In this document: positions 1 to 7,010 of the stretch, one piece after another | Numbering within the stretch: position 1 is the stretch's first letter | How the letters are laid out: every line of letters starts with the position of its first letter | Virus record (IMG/VR): IMGVR_UViG_3300045988_030546 | Origin: a virus | Reading direction: 5' to 3' (one strand) | DNA length: 40,163 bases | Notes under the pieces: generated by a model | Databases searched by the model: none | Seen by the model: only the letters and a program-made list of their open reading frames with translations | What the model was told of the DNA's origin: nothing | Translations under genes and position numbers: made by a program

Positions 1-67
1 CACGGCGCAGAGCGAACCGCAGGGAGGTTTCAGCGAGATCGAGGACGATGGGAACCTCCCGTTCTAA
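1..67 (+). CDS. ssb: Single-stranded DNA-binding protein, C-terminal end (continues 39777..40163 across the circular junction)
   Basis: The frame continues from 40163 and reads ...TAQSEPQGGFSEIEDDGNLPF-stop. This is an acidic tail ending in LPF, as in bacterial and phage SSBs. Confidence 0.8.
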   Translation, partial: TAQSEPQGGFSEIEDDGNLPF

Positions 68-79
68 GGCGGTGGGTGA

Positions 80-820
80 ATGCCGAACAGGATCATCAAG
101 GATAGCATCAGGACGAGCAAAAGCATCAACGCAATGTCGGATTTCCAATTCCGATTGTGGGCGTACCTGATCACCTACGTTGATGATTATGGGCGCGGCA
201 GCGCAGACCCGGAATTGCTCAAAGGCTTTGTATTTCCCCGCAGAAAAGGTGTGACTGAGGGAACGATCAGTAAGACGCTTGCAGAATTGGCGACCATAGG
301 CTCTGTGATCCTCTATGAAGTTGACGGAGAACCGTACCTATGTTTTCCAAACTGGAGCGAGCACCAGACGGTGAGAAACAAAGTAAGCAAATTCCCGGCA
401 CCTGCTGACGGATTGATTACATCTAAAATCAATTGCAATCAATTGCAAGCAGGTGAAAGCAAATGCGCCCGTAATCCAATCCAGAATCCAGAATCCAGAA
501 TCCAGAATCCAGAAGAAGTAGGCGGCGAGCCGCAAGCGGCATCCCCGCCGGTGGTTTCCATTCCGCTCAATGATGGCACTGAATATCCGGTGTCGCAGGA
601 GCAATGCCAGGAATGGGCGGGCGTATACCCTGCTGTCGACGTGATCCAGCAGCTGCGGGAGCTGCGGGAATGGTGCCTGAATAACCCAGCGAAGCGGAAA
701 ACGCCGAAAGGTGTGCGTGGATTCATTACCCGCTGGCTGGCGAAAGAACAGGATCGCGGTGGCCGTAAGGGCGCGAAAGGCCCCGGCTTTAAATGCGAGG
801 ACGCTTGGGGGTATGTGTAA
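80..820 (+). CDS. Phage replisome organizer / DnaD-like replication initiation protein
   Basis: The N-terminal region ends in ...LCFPNWSEHQ. The C-terminal ...NPAKRKTPKGVRGFITRWLAKEQDRGG is typical of phage replisome-organizer proteins. The gene follows ssb and contains an internal iteron array. Confidence 0.72.
   Translation: MPNRIIKDSIRTSKSINAMSDFQFRLWAYLITYVDDYGRGSADPELLKGFVFPRRKGVTEGTISKTLAELATIGSVILYEVDGEPYLCFPNWSEHQTVRNKVSKFPAPADGLITSKINCNQLQAGESKCARNPIQNPESRIQNPEEVGGEPQAASPPVVSIPLNDGTEYPVSQEQCQEWAGVYPAVDVIQQLRELREWCLNNPAKRKTPKGVRGFITRWLAKEQDRGGRKGAKGPGFKCEDAWGYV
479..513. repeat. Five perfect tandem copies of the 7-bp unit ATCCAGA, preceded by the partial copy AATCCA at 473-478; iteron-like
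   Basis: Read directly: aatcca atccaga x5. The 7-bp period is not a multiple of 3, so the array is translated as IQNPESRIQNPE in the linker of the organizer protein. Confidence 0.95.
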
Positions 821-1077
821 TGGCTGCGGATATTAAGCTTTCGGACTGCTACATTGCTCCGTATAGTCAGCCCTGCTGGGATTGCATCAATGCCTGCGGC
901 GGCTGTTTATGGTCCGCAAAAGGGGAACCCGTCCCCGGCTGGAAGGCGGAACCGAGCATCATCCGGAACCACCTGGACCGTGGCCCGGAAAATTTCTCCG
1001 CCAAATCTTACAAAATCTATGCCTGCCCCCAGTTCCGGGCAGACCCAAGGAGGGCGCATGACAAGGCTTGTGATTGA
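820..1077 (+). CDS. Hypothetical Cys-rich protein
   Basis: The ATG overlaps the preceding stop (TAATG). The protein carries CWDC...CGGC motifs. It is the internal start of ORF 793..1077. Confidence 0.5.
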   Translation: MAADIKLSDCYIAPYSQPCWDCINACGGCLWSAKGEPVPGWKAEPSIIRNHLDRGPENFSAKSYKIYACPQFRADPRRAHDKACD

Positions 1078-1195
1078 CATCCATGAGGACGGCGACCTGC
1101 TGGCAACCAAGGAGGCGGTGGCCATGCTACTGGAGCCTCTGGGCCGCGTCCGGGTGGTGCAGGTCATCATTGACGGAAAGGAAGAAAAACGATGA
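1058..1195 (+). CDS. Hypothetical small protein (45 aa)
   Basis: AAGGAGGG lies upstream of the ATG at 1058. The stop is coupled to the rusA start. The upstream part of ORF 854..1195 is Pro/Ser/Gly-rich and overlaps the previous gene. Confidence 0.5.
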   Translation: MTRLVIDIHEDGDLLATKEAVAMLLEPLGRVRVVQVIIDGKEEKR

Positions 1196-1599
1196 AAATT
1201 GAATTCGCGGTCCCCGGTATTCCGGTGGGCAAGGGCCGCCCACGGTTTATGAAAAACGGCCACACTTACACCCCGCAGAAAACGCGGGAGTATGAGAACA
1301 AGGTGGTCCAGTGCTGGCAGTGCCAGAGCGGAAAAGGCTTTGCGGACGGCATCCCGCTGACGGCCACCGTCACGGCGTTCTTTACGGTGCCCAAGAGTAC
1401 ATCGAAGAAGAAGGCCGCTGCGCTGGACGGTACACCACACACCAAGCGTCCAGACACTGACAATGTGGCGAAGGCCATCCTGGATGCGCTGAACGGCCAC
1501 GCCTACAACGATGACAGCGCAATCGCGATGCTGACCGTGCGAAAGTATCAGACAACCGGAGCCTCCCGCGTGGAGGTCATTATCGAGGAGGCAGAATGA
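1192..1599 (+). CDS. rusA: RusA-family Holliday junction resolvase
   Basis: Motifs seen: ...VPGIPVGKGRPRF..., ...KRPDTDNVAKAILDALNG...NDDSAI... These are characteristic of RusA endodeoxyribonucleases. Confidence 0.85.
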   Translation: MKIEFAVPGIPVGKGRPRFMKNGHTYTPQKTREYENKVVQCWQCQSGKGFADGIPLTATVTAFFTVPKSTSKKKAAALDGTPHTKRPDTDNVAKAILDALNGHAYNDDSAIAMLTVRKYQTTGASRVEVIIEEAE

Positions 1600-1952
1600 T
1601 GGATGCTGTGGAGTTTTTAAAAACATTATGCAGAATGTGTAACTACGAGTGCTACAAATGCGAGTTTGGGAAAAGGCTTAGCGGGTTTGAAACCTGCACA
1701 ACCTGGAGAAAAACCCACCCGGAGGAGGCCGTTGCCATCGTCGAAAAGTGGGCAAAGGAGCACCCCGCCAAAACCCGCCAGGGCGTGTTCCTTAAGCAAT
1801 GGCCGGAGGCATTGTCCAGAGAAGGAATTTTGCAGATCTGTCCTGCCAGCGTGTCACACGGTTTTAGGGGAAAAATCGGCGAATGTGTCGTGGAACCTAA
1901 AGATTGCCAGAAGTGCAAGCGGCAATTCTGGCTTGAGGAGGTGGAGGAATGA
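1596..1952 (+). CDS. Hypothetical Cys-rich phage protein
   Basis: Start is coupled to the preceding stop (ATGA). The composition is coding-like. No family recognised. Confidence 0.6.
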   Translation: MMDAVEFLKTLCRMCNYECYKCEFGKRLSGFETCTTWRKTHPEEAVAIVEKWAKEHPAKTRQGVFLKQWPEALSREGILQICPASVSHGFRGKIGECVVEPKDCQKCKRQFWLEEVEE

Positions 1953-2239
1953 CCCGTGAAGAGATTTTAGCCGCCGCCAAGCAGTGCGTGTGCGGAGACC
2001 GGGACCAGGATTACGGCAGCCCGGAAACGTCTTTCAACATGATCGCGGCCCTGTGGGAGCCGTACATCCGAGAAAAATGCGCCAGCCCGGATGCGGAGAT
2101 TTGCATCACCGGCGCTGACGTGGGGGCTATGATGTGCCTGTTTAAGCTGGCCCGCATCGCCACCGGCCACGGCAAAGCAGATAACTGGATCGATTTGGCC
2201 GGATATGCCGCCTGCGGCGGGGAATTGGAGGGCGCATGA
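1949..2239 (+). CDS. DUF6378-like / dATP-dGTP diphosphohydrolase N-terminal-like domain protein
   Basis: The pattern ...RDQDYGSPE...MCLFKLARIATGHGKADNWIDLAGYAAC resembles that family. Called by motif memory only. Confidence 0.5.
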   Translation: MTREEILAAAKQCVCGDRDQDYGSPETSFNMIAALWEPYIREKCASPDAEICITGADVGAMMCLFKLARIATGHGKADNWIDLAGYAACGGELEGA

Positions 2240-3114
2240 GCGACTTGGAGCAGACCGCAATCGAGCGGCTGAAAGCGGCATCGGATATGAGCCTGCGGCT
2301 TTTTGAGAAACCGTTAGTGATCACCTACTCCGGCGGAAAGGACAGCGACGTGATGCTACATCTGGCGGAGAAAAGCGGCATCCCGTTTGAAGCCCTGCAC
2401 TCCCTCACCACGGTGGACGCGCCGGAGACGGTGCGCCATGTGTATGATACGTTCCGGCGGCTGGAAGAAAAGGGCGTGAAGTGCACCGTAGATCGGCACG
2501 TCCAGCCGGACGGGAGCCGCGTGACCATGTGGAACCTGATTACCCGGAAGCTGATGCCGCCAACCAGAGTGAAGCGCTACTGTTGCGAGAAACTGAAAGA
2601 GAGCGGTGCGAAAGGACGGTTCATTGCCACCGGTGTACGCTGGGAAGAAAGCAAAACTCGCCAGAAAAACAGAGGGGAATTTGAGATATTGACGTCAAAG
2701 CCTAAAGATAAGCTGATCCTATCTAACGACAACGATGAGGACAGGAGACTGTTCGAGACTTGTCAGATGAAAGGCAAACGGGTGGTGAACCCCATCATCG
2801 ACTGGAAGGGCAATGAGGCACTGGATTATGCTGCTATTGAAAAAATTCCCATGAACCCGCTGTACTGCGAGGGTTTTCACCGGGTGGGCTGCATTGGCTG
2901 CCCCATGGCATCCAAAACCAGAATCATGGAATTTGCCCGCTATCCGAGAATCAAGGCGGCGTATATCCGTGCCTTTGATCGGATGCTGGAAGAGCGGAGA
3001 AAACGAGGCCGGTCGTGCCAGTGGCAATCCGGCGTGGACGTATTTCATTGGTGGATGGAGGACGGCGTGCTGCCGGGGCAGGAAGTATTAGACGGATTTG
3101 AGGAGGATGTATGA
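2236..3114 (+). CDS. Phosphoadenosine-phosphosulfate (PAPS) reductase family protein
   Basis: An N-terminal PP-loop-like ...VITYSGGKDSDVML... is present, with a C-terminal Cys cluster ...CIGCPMA... typical of phage PAPS-reductase-like proteins. Confidence 0.82.
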   Translation: MSDLEQTAIERLKAASDMSLRLFEKPLVITYSGGKDSDVMLHLAEKSGIPFEALHSLTTVDAPETVRHVYDTFRRLEEKGVKCTVDRHVQPDGSRVTMWNLITRKLMPPTRVKRYCCEKLKESGAKGRFIATGVRWEESKTRQKNRGEFEILTSKPKDKLILSNDNDEDRRLFETCQMKGKRVVNPIIDWKGNEALDYAAIEKIPMNPLYCEGFHRVGCIGCPMASKTRIMEFARYPRIKAAYIRAFDRMLEERRKRGRSCQWQSGVDVFHWWMEDGVLPGQEVLDGFEEDV

Positions 3115-3338
3115 AAGATCAAGAACTCGTAAAAGCGCTGCGTGAGCACGCAGAATGGGCGCGGGCAAATGAGTGGGAAACGCCAATCACGCTGGGCGAC
3201 GATCTGGCGGGAGCCGCTGACTTGATCGAAGCGCGGGCGAAAGAGATTGACGCCCTGCGGAACGAGCTGTGCCTGAAATGCGGAAACTACACGCTGGCCC
3301 ATGAGGGGGACTGCAACGGATGCCGGTGGAGGAGGTAA
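3111..3338 (+). CDS. Hypothetical protein
   Basis: Coupled start and coding-like composition. Has a C-terminal CxxC...CxxC. Confidence 0.55.
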   Translation: MKDQELVKALREHAEWARANEWETPITLGDDLAGAADLIEARAKEIDALRNELCLKCGNYTLAHEGDCNGCRWRR

Positions 3339-3342
3339 GAAG

Positions 3343-3840
3343 ATGGAACGATTAACTAAGCGTTTGCCCAGTGGAGCGGCTGACTATAATTACCATAAAA
3401 GCTGTTACATTGGGGATGGGTCTGGCGCAGATAGAATATCCCAAAGTGCTTTTAGGCAGAGATGTGTTGAACGGTTGGCCGACTATGAAGATACGAAGCT
3501 GACGCCCGGGGAAGTCAAGTCAATGCAAGAGGAGCACTTTAGCGGTCTGGAAATGGCAAAATTGCACAGCGCGCTCATGGAACTCAAAAAATATCAAGAA
3601 GCCGATAAGGCCGGTCGGCTGGTGGTGCGTCCGTGCAAGGTGGGGGACACGTTATTCAGAGTGTTTGCCGGAGAAATCTTAGAGCACAAAGTCAGCAACA
3701 TGAGATACCTCGCAATACAGGGACGGTGGGACATTGATACAACCCCGTTCTGCTCATACGTGGAAAGTTCCATAGGGAAAACGATTTTTTTGACCCGCGA
3801 GGAAGCCAAAGCGGCATTGGAGGAGATGAAGGATGAGTAA
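3343..3840 (+). CDS. Hypothetical phage protein (MERLTKR... type)
   Basis: GGAGG precedes the ATG at 3343 (internal start of ORF 3301..3840). No family recognised. Confidence 0.6.
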   Translation: MERLTKRLPSGAADYNYHKSCYIGDGSGADRISQSAFRQRCVERLADYEDTKLTPGEVKSMQEEHFSGLEMAKLHSALMELKKYQEADKAGRLVVRPCKVGDTLFRVFAGEILEHKVSNMRYLAIQGRWDIDTTPFCSYVESSIGKTIFLTREEAKAALEEMKDE

Positions 3841-4363
3841 AGCCGTACTTATCAGCATCCGCCCCAAGTGGGTGGAGAAAATCGCCAGCGGTGAAAAGAC
3901 CATCGAAGTCAGAAAGACCAAGCCGAAACTGGAAACGCCATTTAAGGCCTACCTGTACGTGACGGCGGGGAATCTGTCTTACAGATGCCCGAATGGGATG
4001 ATCTGCCATTGTAACGGAGGGCGAGAGGTCATTGGGGAGTTTGTCTGCAACAAGGTGGACTGGATTACTCGAATCGGTTTTTCCGGCTCCCCCGTTCCGT
4101 CAAGGTACAGCATTTGCAGCCACAGCAATATGAATGTCTTACCCATCAACGATTTGCTCTATGCAGCCCGCCTGACATATCCGGAGCTGGCGGACTATCT
4201 TGCTGGCGGCGAGGGCTACGGCTGGCATATCTCCGACCTGCGCATTTATGATACGCCGCGCGAACTGAGCGAGTTTACCGGTTTACGCAATACGAGATTC
4301 GGCGCAGCGCCATACGACATCAAGCGCCCGCCCCAGAGCTGGTGCTATGTGGAGGAGGGCTGA
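3833..4363 (+). CDS. ASCH domain protein
   Basis: The N-terminus ...LISIRPKWVEKIASGEKTIEVRKTKP... is the classic ASCH/PUA-like opening. The C-terminus is ...PPQSWCYVEE. Confidence 0.75.
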   Translation: MSKAVLISIRPKWVEKIASGEKTIEVRKTKPKLETPFKAYLYVTAGNLSYRCPNGMICHCNGGREVIGEFVCNKVDWITRIGFSGSPVPSRYSICSHSNMNVLPINDLLYAARLTYPELADYLAGGEGYGWHISDLRIYDTPRELSEFTGLRNTRFGAAPYDIKRPPQSWCYVEEG

Positions 4364-4365
4364 CA

Positions 4366-4809
4366 ATGGCTGAATATATCAAGCGGGAAGCGGCGATTGC
4401 TTATATCCGTGAGCAATCGGAAGAATGTCAAAAAGCGTTCGAAGAGCTTGGCGGGGAAAGCGGAATCTACGCAGACGCCTATAACGATTTGGCGGAGGAT
4501 TTTTACGGCATTCCTGCTGCTAAGGCAGTATCACTTCACGACATCTACAGAGTTATTGCAGGACATAGCTATTATCATGGCGACCGTATCCTTGCAGCAT
4601 TGACATGTATCGCAGAAGGAAAAGAAGTGAATCCTGTACGGCCTTCCGACGTGGCCCCGGTGGTGCATAGCTACTGGGAGCACAAAATTACAGATGACGG
4701 AGAAAATATTGGTATTTGTCATAACTGCAAATATCCTGTTAGCTGGTTTTGGGAACAAGCAAAATACTGCCCCAACTGCGGGGCGAAGATGGACGGAGGT
4801 GAAGAATAA
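4366..4809 (+). CDS. Hypothetical protein with C-terminal zinc ribbon
   Basis: Internal ATG of ORF 4342..4809. Has CHNC...CPNCG near the C-terminus. Confidence 0.55.
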   Translation: MAEYIKREAAIAYIREQSEECQKAFEELGGESGIYADAYNDLAEDFYGIPAAKAVSLHDIYRVIAGHSYYHGDRILAALTCIAEGKEVNPVRPSDVAPVVHSYWEHKITDDGENIGICHNCKYPVSWFWEQAKYCPNCGAKMDGGEE

Positions 4810-5006
4810 TGGCAAAGTATTTCAGAATTGCAGAGATTGATGCTGCTACGTTTGAGCGCATGACTGGTTACGAGCTTGATTGCCTGCAAGTGGCAATGCT
4901 TGCGGATGATGGAAACGTGTATGTTGCTGTCGATGAAGATGGGCAAGATTACATTGATGTCGACATTGAAATGTTTAACGCGGACGGGGGTGCTGACCAT
5001 GTATGA
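4809..5006 (+). CDS. Hypothetical acidic protein
   Basis: Start is coupled to the preceding stop (TAATG). Confidence 0.5.
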   Translation: MAKYFRIAEIDAATFERMTGYELDCLQVAMLADDGNVYVAVDEDGQDYIDVDIEMFNADGGADHV

Positions 5007-5340
5007 ATCGCCAATTAAAGTATTCCAAGGCAATCTTGAAATGCAGTTTGAGGGTGAAATTCTCAAAGCCGTGCAGCGGGCTGACATTACCGTTGATAGG
5101 GATGAACTAATCCGAGCGCTCCGCTATGACCGTGAGCAGTACCAGAAAGGTTTCGACGATGCAAGGAAGGGTGCTGTGCCGGTGGTGCGGTGCGAGGACT
5201 GCAAGCATTTGTGCGTGTGGAACCGAAAAGATATGTACGCATTTTGTCCCAAAACAAACATCGTGTTTTTGCCGTTTGATAAGGACACAAGGACATTCTT
5301 TTGCAGCCTTGGCGAGAGAAAGGACGGCGGGGATGGCTAA
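4999..5340 (+). CDS. Hypothetical protein
   Basis: Internal ATG (MYESPIKV...) overlaps the previous gene by 8 nt. Has a Cys cluster RCEDCKH...FCP. Confidence 0.55.
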   Translation: MYESPIKVFQGNLEMQFEGEILKAVQRADITVDRDELIRALRYDREQYQKGFDDARKGAVPVVRCEDCKHLCVWNRKDMYAFCPKTNIVFLPFDKDTRTFFCSLGERKDGGDG

Positions 5341-5686
5341 ACAATCCGGCATGATTGCTTTTGCCGAGCAATTCGCCCAGGCGAAAGTAGACGCCGCCCA
5401 GCGGCTAACCTCACAGTACATGATCGATACCCTGCAAATGACCCTCCACCAGACGGAGGGCTGGGGGTATGACCGGATCATGCGGCTGACGGAGGCGTGG
5501 CAGCAGACCCAAAAGGAGTACACGCCCGCCCTCAATTCCAACGACCCGGCGGCGGACGTGATGCAGGAGCACATGGACCGGGTGATGGCCCAGATCATCG
5601 GCGGCAAGCAACCGTTAAGGCCGTTCTCGGAGCGGTATCACGAGCTGCGGAAAGTGACATATGGGAGGCAACATGACAAACGATGA
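5333..5686 (+). CDS. Hypothetical protein
   Basis: Internal ATG (MAKQSGMIAF...) overlaps the previous stop. The upstream part of ORF 5126..5686 is an out-of-frame shadow. Confidence 0.55.
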   Translation: MAKQSGMIAFAEQFAQAKVDAAQRLTSQYMIDTLQMTLHQTEGWGYDRIMRLTEAWQQTQKEYTPALNSNDPAADVMQEHMDRVMAQIIGGKQPLRPFSERYHELRKVTYGRQHDKR

Positions 5687-5870
5687 CAAAGCCCTGCTAA
5701 AGGCATATGCGGAAAACGACATGATCCTGGAGCAGGCTGCACGGCAGGTCTATATGCACCGCAATACGGCGGACTACAGGTTTGAGCGCATCAAGAAAGA
5801 GACCGGGTTAGACCCGCATTGTTTTTATGACTTGGTGGCATTGCTGCGGAAGATTGGGGAGTGCGTATGA
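5661..5870 (+). CDS. PucR-C-terminal-like helix-turn-helix protein
   Basis: The pattern ...AARQVYMHRNTADYRFERIKKETGLDPHCFYDLVAL matches the HTH_30/PucR pattern (H.NT..YR...I...TG.DP). An alternative start lies at 5673. Confidence 0.6.
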   Translation: MGGNMTNDDKALLKAYAENDMILEQAARQVYMHRNTADYRFERIKKETGLDPHCFYDLVALLRKIGECV

Positions 5871-5883
5871 CCGAGGTGATAGC

Positions 5884-6114
5884 ATGAGCACATTTCCGGA
5901 GCGGCTGCGCAAATTGAGAGAATCTGAGCGGCCTGCTAAAAGTATGAGATTGAAAGCGGAGCTGATTGGAATCGGGCATGATACGCTGCGGAAGTACGAA
6001 ACCGGGGAGAACGAACCGGCTCTCAGCCAGTTAAAGCTGATAGCGAATCATTACCACGTCAGCTTGGATGAGCTTGCATGGGACGAGGGCGAGCGAGAGG
6101 GCAAACCTTTATAG
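5884..6114 (+). CDS. XRE-family helix-turn-helix regulator
   Basis: ...FPERLRKLRES...LRKYETGENEPALSQLKLIANHYHVSLDEL is a canonical HTH_3 layout. Confidence 0.75.
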   Translation: MSTFPERLRKLRESERPAKSMRLKAELIGIGHDTLRKYETGENEPALSQLKLIANHYHVSLDELAWDEGEREGKPL

Positions 6115-6261
6115 TATCGCAAAAAAAATTGGCCTTTGCCCCCAATTCGGGGCAAGCGTAGAAAAATATGTGTCAGAATGAGGGTGCGGGGTTATATCCG
6201 TATTCTCATTCTTCCCATCCATCCTTTCTTTCCTCCTGACCCCGGCGGATGCCGGGGGTAT

Positions 6262-6333
6262 GCAGACGTAGCTCAGTTGGTAGAGCACCGCACCAGGAGG
6301 TATGCGCAGGTTCAAGTCCTGCCGTCTGCACCA
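6262..6333 (+). tRNA. tRNA-like element with aberrant, shortened anticodon arm (isotype undeterminable; possible pseudo-tRNA or processing/structural module)
   Basis: Acceptor GCAGACG/CGTCTGC, D arm GCTC-AGTTGGTA-GAGC, T arm GCAGG-TTCAAGT-CCTGC, discriminator A and an encoded CCA are all canonical. Only 19 nt (ACCGCACCAGGAGGTATGC) lie between the D and T arms, where about 22-23 are expected. The best pairing is CGCA/TGCG around a 10-nt loop, CCAGGAGGTA. Confidence 0.6.
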
Positions 6334-7000
6334 CGGCGGGGAGCGTTTCGGGTGATGCGTCCTCGCTCCAAGAATATAAGCTGCGGCCTGTAAAAGCAGC
6401 TCGCCTCCGGCAACTGGTACTTGCCCTTGACGCCCCGGTGCAATTCCGGTTGGGTATAGGACCCCTCGCACCTCTCAACGATGTGTCCCAGAGGGGACAT
6501 TTGAACAAACTACGCTGCCGAAGTTCCAGCAGGTCACTGTGATTGCGCACGGTGGCAGCAGTTTTAGACGGCAGTACCGCAACGAAGGGCAGAACAGGCA
6601 GCTGCCGCCCGGACGTGAGGTCGCAAATGCTCATGCTGTTGGAGATGCCGGAGCGCTGACCGGCTCGTTGCGGAGATATACGGCATAGGTGCCCCGCAAG
6701 GGGCGACCACAGCGAGTGACGCCGAATGATGGCCGAAGTGCTAAAGCAGGGCAGGACTGCAATGCCGTACCATCCCGGTTAGCGGGCGAGGAAGCGTAAA
6801 AAGCTAAGTATTAGGCGGCTGGTATAATTGCCAAGTTCCTAATGGCTGGTAGGAAGACGCAGCGCAGCCGGGAGCCGATAAAAAAGATCTTGCGTACCAT
6901 GTTTGGCTCGGGGAGAGCCGGACACGCAAGATGTGTATGCCCTTCGGGGCGGGTAAAGTCTGCTATGTAAGGCCAAGGGGCGGGGGCTGGTAGCAAAACA
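6334..7000 (+). ncRNA. Candidate large structured noncoding RNA (class unknown; ROOL/GOLLD-like context)
   Basis: No credible ORF. Many strong hairpins are present, including GNRA-capped (6691-6704) and UUCG-capped (6939-6950) helices and a 9-bp stem enclosing a second hairpin (6887-6932). It lies directly 3' of a tRNA-like element. Strand and ends are inferred only. Confidence 0.45.
6820..6828 (+). promoter_or_regulatory. Possible extended -10 element (TGgTATAAT) upstream of the methylase/packaging genes
   Basis: TGGTATAAT was read directly. No good -35 is present, and the site lies inside the putative ncRNA region. Confidence 0.25.
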
Positions 7001-7010
7001 GGAGGATGGC

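Noticed and set aside
479-513. The tandem ATCCAGA array as a CRISPR array or simple microsatellite artefact
   Set aside because: There are no spacers, and the unit is far too short for CRISPR. Its position inside a replisome-organizer gene fits iterons better.
6120-6150. Hairpin TTGCCCC/GGGGCAA next to an A8 run, as a terminator
   Set aside because: On the + strand no T tract follows it. On the - strand the T8 run starts 7 nt after the stem and nothing credible is transcribed toward it. It might instead overlap a weak promoter (TTGCCC-17-TAGAAA). Unresolved, so not annotated.
6262-6333. Calling this a functional tRNA with a defined anticodon
   Set aside because: The anticodon arm cannot be folded into a 5-bp stem and 7-nt loop, and there is no U33/purine37 context. 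It is reported only as tRNA-like.
6554-6601. Four GGCAG motifs in the ncRNA region as relatives of the phased GGCAG array at 28937-28974
   Set aside because: Spacing is irregular (16, 18, 9 nt) and the flanks differ. A 5-mer recurring in GC-rich sequence is likely coincidental.
6109-6634. ORFs 6109..6471(-), 6206..6634(-), 6249..6542(+) and 6136..6393(+) in the 6.1-7.0 kb gap
   Set aside because: They overlap one another on both strands, lack SD sites and have low-complexity Arg/Pro composition. They also include reverse translations of the tRNA-like element (…AGLEPA…LPTELR…). The region is treated as noncoding.
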